A stretch of 64,000 bases of DNA from an archaeon GW2011_AR18 (GTDB taxonomy: Archaea > Nanobdellota > Nanobdellia > SCGC-AAA011-G17 > GW2011-AR18), in NCBI GenBank assembly GCA_000806155.1, contig JWKX01000012.1, positions 5,563 through 69,562 of the forward strand, in the 5' to 3' direction. Of this stretch, positions 50,290 to 64,000 are shown piece after piece. A program made the position numbers and the translations under genes. Every line of letters begins with the position of its first letter. The first letter of the stretch is position 1. The notes under the pieces are model-generated. The model made no database searches. It saw nothing but the letters and a program-made list of their open reading frames with translations, and was not told where the DNA came from.

Positions 50290-50340
50290 CACCTCTTTTT
50301 CCCAGGGAGAAGATTCTTCGGATTCTTTTCCTTGGGTTTT
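50290..50340 (+). ncRNA. Candidate small structured RNA or leader: long hairpin (50301-50336) with C(UUCG)G loop
   Basis: CCCAGGGAGAAGATTC-TTCG-GATTCTTTTCCTTGGG; TATA box TTTATATA at 50259-50266. Confidence 0.45.
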
Positions 50341-50364
50341 ATACTCATTTTAAGGCAATATACA

Positions 50365-50610
50365 ATGATTCCAAGAGATTTAGAGATAGCAGTAAATGAA
50401 GGTAAAATTCTTGATGATGGTACTAAAGTTATTATTAAAATTTCATTTTGTGATGAATTAAAAAGGGACATTTATATTGTATCATTTGATATTGGATAAA
50501 TTAAGATTAATATACCTAAGACTTTTGAAGATTGTACAATTGATAAGGCATTTTCATTGTATTCATCTATAACAGATTTTAATCAGGCTATGGATTATGC
50601 TCTAAAGTAA
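50365..50610 (+). pseudogene. Small hypothetical ORF with an in-frame TAA at 50497
   Basis: MIPRDLEIAV...SFDIG*IKINIPK...DYALK*. Confidence 0.4.
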
Positions 50611-50625
50611 AAAATTTCATTAAAA

Positions 50626-50808
50626 TTACTTCTTCATAAATTCAGTATATTTGCAATTTCCACAATAGATTCTATCCTTGTGTATGGCTAAGAACATTGC
50701 TGGACCACATTTAGGGCATGTTTTTGATCTTTCTACTTTATTTCCATTCAACTTGTATTTTGTCCATCTCTCTGAGGGTTTCTTGTTTTTTACTTTTGCT
50801 GCTGCCAT
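50626..50808 (-). CDS. rps27ae: Ribosomal protein eS31 (S27ae)
   Basis: CPKCG..FLAIH.DR.YCGNC. Confidence 0.95.
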   Translation of the reverse strand: MAAAKVKNKKPSERWTKYKLNGNKVERSKTCPKCGPAMFLAIHKDRIYCGNCKYTEFMKK

Positions 50809-50810
50809 GT

Positions 50811-51098
50811 TTATGCTGCCTTCTTAGCTTCCACTTTTTTTCCTTTAGGTGGCTCTAAGAATTTTAGATCTTTCTCATTATTATAAATATTTACTATGAC
50901 TTTTGATGTATTCATTCCGAAATTTGTAAATATATTCCTTACAGCAACCAAATTTGATTCTACTGAATACTTTTTAACTATATGATTTTTTATGTCCTCT
51001 CTCTTAGGTGTTGCACTGTTGGCATGATCTACCTCTAATACTAATCTTTTTATCCCTAAAAGCTTGCTCTCTACTTCTTCTAATATTTTGATGTTCAT
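50811..51098 (-). CDS. rps24e: Ribosomal protein eS24
   Basis: LL..K, ATPKR, TNFG; conserved operon position. Confidence 0.9.
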   Translation of the reverse strand: MNIKILEEVESKLLGIKRLVLEVDHANSATPKREDIKNHIVKKYSVESNLVAVRNIFTNFGMNTSKVIVNIYNNEKDLKFLEPPKGKKVEAKKAA

Positions 51099-51283
51099 CG
51101 TACTTTAATTACATATTCTCCTTTCATTTTTATATCTAACTTTTTCGCAATCTCTGACTTGTCAGCATCCATTACTACTATTCTTCCTTTCCAGCTTGTT
51201 GTAAAATCTGTTCCCTTGCATATTGGACACTCGTTTCCTTTAACAAATATTTTACATTTTTTGCAAGCCTTCTTCTTTACCAT
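51095..51283 (-). CDS. spt4: Transcription elongation factor Spt4 (RpoE'')
   Basis: ACKKC..CPIC..WKG..SEIAKKL. Confidence 0.93.
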   Translation of the reverse strand: MVKKKACKKCKIFVKGNECPICKGTDFTTSWKGRIVVMDADKSEIAKKLDIKMKGEYVIKVR

Positions 51284-51855
51284 TATTTATTCCCCTTATC
51301 CTTTGATTTTTTTGCAGCTTTTTTCTCTTCTTCATCAGCCCATTTTACATTTCCTAATCCTGGCTGTCTCATTGTCAATCCTATTTTAGGGTTTGTTAGG
51401 TCTTTGAAGCTTACTGCTATCACTCTTGCTCTGCATTTATCATTTACCTTTAATACTTTCTTTGATTCTTTTCCTGTTAATGTTTTTTCTTTACTAAATG
51501 ATATGAAATCATCCATTGTTTGGCTTACATGTATCATCCCATCTATCGGACCCATGTTTATGAATGCTCCAAAATTTGTTATATCTGTTATTTTTCCTAA
51601 TACTAATTCCTGCAATTCTGGCAGATATGTTAACATCTTGAATTCTGTCTCGTAGAATGGTGCTCCATCTCCAGGTATTATTATTCCATCTCCGATATTC
51701 AATACCTCAGTTACACATACTACAAATCCTACATCAGAACTTATATATCCCTCAAACTGTTCATTTAATCTTAATAATACAGCAGTTTCTGTTTCTTTAT
51801 TTAATAAGCTCGGTGGTATTCTTACATGACTTTTTGCTTTTATTTCGTAGAACAT
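51283..51855 (-). CDS. rpoE: RNA polymerase subunit Rpo7 (E')
   Basis: IIPGDGA, FGAFI..GPIDGMIHVSQ, KIGLTMRQPGLG. Confidence 0.97.
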   Translation of the reverse strand: MFYEIKAKSHVRIPPSLLNKETETAVLLRLNEQFEGYISSDVGFVVCVTEVLNIGDGIIIPGDGAPFYETEFKMLTYLPELQELVLGKITDITNFGAFINMGPIDGMIHVSQTMDDFISFSKEKTLTGKESKKVLKVNDKCRARVIAVSFKDLTNPKIGLTMRQPGLGNVKWADEEEKKAAKKSKDKGNK

Positions 51856-51930
51856 TTTTAAATGGTTATAATGTATGCTTTTTAAAGGTTTTGGTGACTA
51901 TTTTAATATATGCTTTTCTAAATATATTTT

Positions 51931-52275
51931 TTACTTAAGTTCTAGGTATTTCATCTGTCTTACTGTTATTATTCCATCTTTTAATTGTTTTTTCAATAGA
52001 TTATCCTCAGTTGCTATTATATATCCCTCTTTGCTTAATCTTATTAATTCTGTATCAACATAAGATTCCTGTGCTTTTATTATCTCAATTCTAATTATTA
52101 ATTTTTTTATCAGTCCTAATTCTTTAGGTTTTACTTTCTCTAATTCTTTTATTGTTGTATCTAATATCTTTATTTTATAAGGAAATAAACATATTCTATC
52201 TATCTCAGTAAAAAAATCTATTTTATACTTCGCACAATATATCAAAAAATTTGTATCTAGTATTATTGTTTTCAT
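51931..52275 (-). CDS. Fcf1/Utp24-like PIN-domain protein
   Basis: IILDTNFL, VD, IATED; usual position upstream of rpoE. Confidence 0.85.
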   Translation of the reverse strand: MKTIILDTNFLIYCAKYKIDFFTEIDRICLFPYKIKILDTTIKELEKVKPKELGLIKKLIIRIEIIKAQESYVDTELIRLSKEGYIIATEDNLLKKQLKDGIITVRQMKYLELK

Positions 52276-52556
52276 ATTTTTTTAATATACATTGTAGTAT
52301 ATGTTGTATCCCCATATGTTTTGCTGATTCTATATCCTACTCTAACTCTATCAGATATATAAATTTCTCTTCTAAATCTTCTACTCGTTTCTACAAATTT
52401 TAGATCTATCCCAGAATCAGTTCTTAGATGAGGGCAATCTCCATATCTATTGATTACATCTGCTTCTTCTTCTATAGTTTGTGGTATTATGCTTCTATAT
52501 GTTCTGTGTAATCTCTCAGCTATTGATTGTAGTGTCATCTTTGAGCTAATCCCCAC
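52272..52556 (-). CDS. Hypothetical protein
   Basis: 94-aa ORF; start uncertain. Confidence 0.5.
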   Translation of the reverse strand: MGISSKMTLQSIAERLHRTYRSIIPQTIEEEADVINRYGDCPHLRTDSGIDLKFVETSRRFRREIYISDRVRVGYRISKTYGDTTYTTMYIKKI

Positions 52557-52996
52557 TCGTGCAATTTTCTGTCTTCATCATCTATTTTGTTGTCTTGATT
52601 TAAATCATCTTTTAATGTGATTCTTCCATCTTTATCTATATCATAATCTGTATATTCTTCTCCCTCTCTTTCTATAAACTTTTGCCATATCTCTTCTGTA
52701 TTAGCATATCTCTGATCTGGTGCTTCCCTGTTTACAACTTTACATATTCCTAATCTATAAAATTCAGATCCATAAATTCCTTTCTTATTTTTGCATCCGT
52801 CTGTCATCATTGTTATATAAGTAAACATATGTTCCTCTAAAGAAACAGCTCCATCCTGTGCAGTATCAATAGTTCCATCATTTCTTTGAATATAGGCTGC
52901 TAAATCTCTTATCTGATAGTTTTCATCTGCTTTTACTGGAGTTGTTGCTAATAAAATTCGTGCAACTATTACTACAGATGTTCTCTTTATTTTCAT
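52535..52996 (-). CDS. Secreted protein with EF-hand/dockerin-like Ca-binding loops
   Basis: Signal-like N-terminus; DIDKDGRITLKD and DLNQDNKIDDED. Confidence 0.6.
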   Translation of the reverse strand: MKIKRTSVVIVARILLATTPVKADENYQIRDLAAYIQRNDGTIDTAQDGAVSLEEHMFTYITMMTDGCKNKKGIYGSEFYRLGICKVVNREAPDQRYANTEEIWQKFIEREGEEYTDYDIDKDGRITLKDDLNQDNKIDDEDRKLHEWGLAQR

Positions 52997-53205
52997 TATA
53001 AAATACTATCTGATAAACTTAATAAATATGACTACCATCAAGTAAATGAAAAAGTATTAATTTTTTTAAATAAAATGCCTCTATAAGGCCTATAAACATG
53101 TTTAAAGAGGTTTTACAGGTAGAAAGGTATATATACTAAAAAAATATCTTATTAATATGAATATAATGAGGTTATAAGGCTTAAAAACGCATTTTACAAG
53201 GTTCT

Positions 53206-56026
<2,821 letters not shown>

Positions 56027-56027
56027 A

Positions 56028-58739
56028 ATGTCAGAAGATAATCAAAAAATAAAAAATGTAGTAATTGATCAGCAATTGAAAGAAGCTTACTTAGATTATT
56101 CTATGTCAGTTATAGTTGGAAGAGCTTTACCAGATGTAAGAGATGGATTGAAGCCTGTTCATAGAAGGATTTTATTTATTATGGATGAGATGGGGTTGCA
56201 ATTTAGTAAATCTTTCAAGAAATGTGCAAGAGTTGTCGGAGATACTATGGGTAAAGTGCACCCTCATGGTGACTCTGCTATTTATGATGCTTTAGTTAGG
56301 ATGGCTCAGGATTTTAATCTAAGATACCCATTAATTAAAGGCCAGGGTAATTTCGGAGCAACAGATTTTCCAGCAGCTGCAAGTAGATATACAGAATGTA
56401 AATTAAATAAAATAGCAGAACAGGTTTTAGTAGATATAGAAAAAGATACAGTTGATTTTATTCCAAATTTCGATGGCAGTTTAAAAGAGCCAGTTGTATT
56501 ACCTTCAAAAATTCCTAATTTACTAATTAACGGTTCTTCAGGTATTGCTGTAGGTATGGCAACAAATATTCCACCCCATAATATTAAAGAAATTTGTGAT
56601 GCAATAATCGCTTTAATAGATAATAAAGATATTTCAGATGCTGAACTTTTTTCTTTTGTAAAAGGCCCAGATTTTCCTACAGGAGGACAGATCTTAGGAA
56701 CAAATGGAATTAGACAAGCTTACAAAACAGGTAAAGGCAAAATAACAATAAGATCAAAATGTGAAATAGAAAATAATAATATCATAGTTACAGAAATTCC
56801 ATATCAAGTTAGTAAATCACTATTAATTGAACAAATAGCCGATTTAGTAAAAGATAAATTAATTGAGGGGATTTCAGATATTAGAGATGAATCAGATAAA
56901 GAAGGTTTAAGAATTGTTATTGAAAACAAAAAAAATTCAAATAATGAATTAATACTTAATCAACTATATAAAAATTCTCAGTTGCAGATTACATTCGGTA
57001 TAATTAATCTTGCTTTAGTTAATGGTGAACCAAGGGTTTTAAGTTTAAGAGATATGTGTCTTGAATTTATTGTTCATAGAAAAGAAGTCATTACAAGAAG
57101 AACTGCTTTCGATCTACGTAAGGCAGAAGAGAGAGATCATATTTTACAAGGCTTATTAATAGCTTTGAAATCAATAGATGAGATAATAAAATTAATTAAA
57201 AATAGTGAAGATGTTGAAACAGCAAGAAATAAATTAATAAATAATTATTCACTTACAGAAATTCAATCTAATGCTATTCTTGATATGAAATTAAGCAGGT
57301 TAGCAGCTTTAGAACAACAAAAAATCTTAAACGAACATAATGAATTATTAAATTTTATTCAAGAAATGAAAGATATATTATCTTCAAAAGAAAGAATAAA
57401 AATAATAATAAAAGATGAATTGATTAGAATTAAAAATGAATTTGGTGATGATAGAAGAACTGAAATAATTGAAAGCTCAGATGAAATATTAGATGATGAA
57501 TCATTAATAGAAAAAGAACAAGTAGTAATAACAGCAACACATTCAGGATATTTCAAACGTCAGCCTTTAGATGTTTACAAATCACAAAATAGAGGTGGAA
57601 AAGGAATTATTGGAACAGAGACAAAAGACGAAACAGATTTCGTTGAACATTTATTCATTGCAAGCTCACATAGTTTTATTTTATTATTCACAGATAAAGG
57701 AATGGTTCATTGGTTAAAAGCATATCAAGTTCCAGAATCAGGACGTTATAGCAAAGGAACAGCTATAGTTAATTTAGTTAAATTAGAGAAAGATGAAAAA
57801 ATTGCAGCACTAGTTTCAGTTGATAAATTTGAAGATGATAAATTTTTATTGATGTCAACTAAATCAGGAATAATTAAGAAAACAAAATTATCAGAATATA
57901 GTAATCCAAGAAATGGTGGAATTATAGCAATAAATTTAAGAGATGATGATAAATTAATAGGAGTTAATATCACTGATGGAACTAAACAAATAATAATAGC
58001 AACAAAAGATGGAAGAGCAGTAAGATTCAAAGAATCAGATGTACGTGAAGTCGGAAGAAATAGTATAGGAGTAAGAGGAATTAATATTAAAAATTCAGAA
58101 GTTGTTGGAATGCAGATAGCAAATGCTCCATATCTTTTAACAGTGACAGAAAAAGGTTATGGAAAAAGAACAGAAGTAAATGATTACAGATTAATTTCAA
58201 GAGGAGGATCAGGTGTTACAAATATTAAGATCACAGAAAAGAACGGTAAGGTTGTAAAAATAAAAGTAGTAAATGATAATGATGAATTAATGTTGATAAG
58301 CAAGAATGGAGTAATAATAAGAACACCAGTTGAGGGAATATCAGTAATAGGAAGAAACACACAAGGTGTAAGAATAATGAATTTAGATTCAGGGGATAGT
58401 TTAGCAACAGTTGAAACAATAATAAATGATGAAGTAGTTCTAGAAAAGAAAGAAGAAGAATTTAAACCAAGTGAGGATGTGATAGTAGATTCAGAAACTA
58501 TTTTAGGGGATAAAACAGAAGTTAAAGAAAATATAATTGAATCAAATGAACACTCAGAAATAATAACTGAAGAAAATGAATCTGAAAATAATAATCCAGA
58601 AAATGAAGCAGCTGAAAATAATGATTTAGAAGATACAGCTGAATTAAATAGCACTGAAGAAAAAAATGATGTAGATAATGTTGAAGAAAAACCTTCTAAA
58701 AAAGATTTTACATTAGATGGTTATGAAGATAATCAATAA
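56028..58739 (+). CDS. gyrA: DNA gyrase subunit A
   Basis: [28 protein letters not shown], GyrA-box QNRGGKG, acidic tail. Confidence 0.97.
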   Translation: MSEDNQKIKNVVIDQQLKEAYLDYSMSVIVGRALPDVRDGLKPVHRRILFIMDEMGLQFSKSFKKCARVVGDTMGKVHPHGDSAIYDALVRMAQDFNLRYPLIKGQGNFGATDFPAAASRYTECKLNKIAEQVLVDIEKDTVDFIPNFDGSLKEPVVLPSKIPNLLINGSSGIAVGMATNIPPHNIKEICDAIIALIDNKDISDAELFSFVKGPDFPTGGQILGTNGIRQAYKTGKGKITIRSKCEIENNNIIVTEIPYQVSKSLLIEQIADLVKDKLIEGISDIRDESDKEGLRIVIENKKNSNNELILNQLYKNSQLQITFGIINLALVNGEPRVLSLRDMCLEFIVHRKEVITRRTAFDLRKAEERDHILQGLLIALKSIDEIIKLIKNSEDVETARNKLINNYSLTEIQSNAILDMKLSRLAALEQQKILNEHNELLNFIQEMKDILSSKERIKIIIKDELIRIKNEFGDDRRTEIIESSDEILDDESLIEKEQVVITATHSGYFKRQPLDVYKSQNRGGKGIIGTETKDETDFVEHLFIASSHSFILLFTDKGMVHWLKAYQVPESGRYSKGTAIVNLVKLEKDEKIAALVSVDKFEDDKFLLMSTKSGIIKKTKLSEYSNPRNGGIIAINLRDDDKLIGVNITDGTKQIIIATKDGRAVRFKESDVREVGRNSIGVRGINIKNSEVVGMQIANAPYLLTVTEKGYGKRTEVNDYRLISRGGSGVTNIKITEKNGKVVKIKVVNDNDELMLISKNGVIIRTPVEGISVIGRNTQGVRIMNLDSGDSLATVETIINDEVVLEKKEEEFKPSEDVIVDSETILGDKTEVKENIIESNEHSEIITEENESENNNPENEAAENNDLEDTAELNSTEEKNDVDNVEEKPSKKDFTLDGYEDNQ

Positions 58740-59101
58740 ATCCTCTCATTATTTATGATATTAATAAAACTATAAAGTTTTCTAGATAATATATCTAATT
58801 TTTCAAAAAAGATCTTATATTCTTCATCGTTAATATATTTTAAATCTCTTGATAACATTAACAAAACTTCTAGTTCTTTTATTGATCCATAAGAATAATT
58901 TAGGAATTGTGAATAAGCACGACTTGTACTTCTTGTAGAACCTTCAGCAATATTTAATGGTATAGAAACAGATGCTCTTTTTATCTGTGAAATAATATTA
59001 TTCTTCTCACTTTCAGGGAACTTTTCTGTTATCTTATAAAAATCTAATACTAGTTCGTAACCAATCTGCCATACTTCAAGATTATGGAAATTTGTTGTCA
59101 T
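58733..59101 (-). CDS. Four-helix bundle protein (23S rRNA IVP-like family)
   Basis: [36 protein letters not shown]. Confidence 0.9.
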   Translation of the reverse strand: MTTNFHNLEVWQIGYELVLDFYKITEKFPESEKNNIISQIKRASVSIPLNIAEGSTRSTSRAYSQFLNYSYGSIKELEVLLMLSRDLKYINDEEYKIFFEKLDILSRKLYSFINIINNERIY

Positions 59102-59205
59102 AATGTATATTATATTCTATTATTAAAAAAGCTTTAGCAAAATTTTCCACAAGATTTTCGGACTACCACAACCTTTTTATATAAACTGATTTGCTGTTTG
59201 TTAAA

Positions 59206-59310
59206 ATGAAACGTTCAAGTCGTAGATGGAAGAAGAAAAGGCAGATGCGTTGGAAGTGGCAACGTAAAAGAATAAAGAGAGAGAAGAGAAGAAGAAAGGC
59301 AAATAGATAA
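59206..59310 (+). CDS. rpl41e: Ribosomal protein eS32/L41e
   Basis: MKRSSRRWKKKRQMRWKWQRKRIKREKRRRKANR*; missed by the ORF track. Confidence 0.85.
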   Translation: MKRSSRRWKKKRQMRWKWQRKRIKREKRRRKANR

Positions 59311-59392
59311 TGCTATAACTTTTAATTAATTTTAATATTTCATTCTTATTTTTACAAATTTCAATTTTTTTGTTTTCTCCTCAGAAATTAAA

Positions 59393-59406
59393 GAAAAGTT
59401 TAAATA
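59393..59406 (+). promoter_or_regulatory. rRNA operon promoter (BRE GAAAAG plus TATA TTTAAATA)
   Basis: About 160 bp upstream of the 16S start. Confidence 0.6.
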
Positions 59407-59433
59407 TGGGACGCTATTCTTTTTTATACATAT

Positions 59434-59461
59434 GATGGATATAAGTAAAATTATATCCGGA
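59434..59461. other. dif-like 11-6-11 palindrome or rRNA-leader hairpin
   Basis: GATGGATATAA-GTAAAA-TTATATCCGGA. Confidence 0.4.
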
Positions 59462-59565
59462 TTTTTCTCTTAAACAGAGACGTGAATACTTAAAACCGAT
59501 TTAAGTATGAGAAAAGAGCAAATCGATAAAGTAGTGAATCCTATACAATTCAATGCGACCAGAAA

Positions 59566-60942
<1,377 letters not shown>

Positions 60943-61001
60943 TTATATTTATTAAACACTATTTTATCGTGCTTAGTTTTTGCTCATACATAAACGAGAG
61001 T

Positions 61002-61096
61002 GGGCCCGTAGCTCAGCGGTAGAGCATCGCCCTTGCAAGGCGGGGGCCTCGGGTTCAAAAAGTTAAATTTTTAACTTGAATATCCCGACGGGTCCA
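61002..61096 (+). tRNA. tRNA-Ala(TGC) in the rRNA spacer with a 23-nt 59/60 intron (61060-61082)
   Basis: GGGCCCG/CGGGTCC-A with G3:U70; CT TGC AA loop; strict BHB TTCA-AAA / TGAA-TAT. Confidence 0.93.
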
Positions 61097-61221
61097 CATT
61101 TCTATTCTTTGTTTAAAGAGAAAAAAGTTTCATTACATGAGGCTCTATAATTTTTTAATTTAGGGCTGATTGGTTAACACATCATATTTGTTAACCAGTG
61201 CATAGGTTTTAGTAGTTTTGA

Positions 61222-64000
<2,779 letters not shown>

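Noticed and set aside
50497..50499. Stop-codon reassignment suggested by an in-frame TAA
   Set aside because: TAA, TAG and TGA all end conserved genes normally here; a single nonsense change or error is more likely.
58733..59101. Four-helix bundle gene as a DGR accessory (Avd) or 23S intervening sequence
   Set aside because: No reverse transcriptase or TR/VR pair is visible, and the gene lies outside the 23S.
59100..59560. Replication origin (ORB boxes)
   Set aside because: No recognisable ORB consensus and no orc1/cdc6 gene in the window.

Overview
Very AT-rich archaeal chromosome segment. The archaeal 16S-tRNA-Ala-23S operon, HMf-type histone, rpo7-spt4-rps24e-rps27ae, eS32/L41e, SMC, bacterial-type LeuRS, DNA gyrase, many orphan and small proteins and intron-bearing tRNAs point to a DPANN organism, most likely Woesearchaeota-like (inference). 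Highlights: (1) a cfa-type methyltransferase plus FAD reductase pair that closely resembles the actinobacterial 10-methylstearate (tuberculostearic acid) operon; (2) a 2269-bp IS6-like cargo element with an 8-bp target duplication that splits an APH-type kinase gene; (3) a tRNA-Arg with an ACG anticodon, two tRNAs with T-loop (59/60) BHB introns, and an orphan tRNA 3' half; (4) a 538-aa LAGLIDADG intein in the SMC Walker A motif and a free-standing LAGLIDADG gene overlapping gyrB; (5) an apparently exported Lon-type protease and DUF151 nuclease pair; (6) BolA, CGFS glutaredoxin and an IscA fusion; (7) a candidate UUCG-hairpin sRNA, a dif-like site, and a shared 10-bp-phased promoter motif. At least seven short internal deletions, including universally essential parts of 16S and 23S rRNA, show local assembly errors or stripped gaps, so most apparent pseudogenes here are probably not real. 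All homology calls come from motif recognition and recalled family features; no searches were run.
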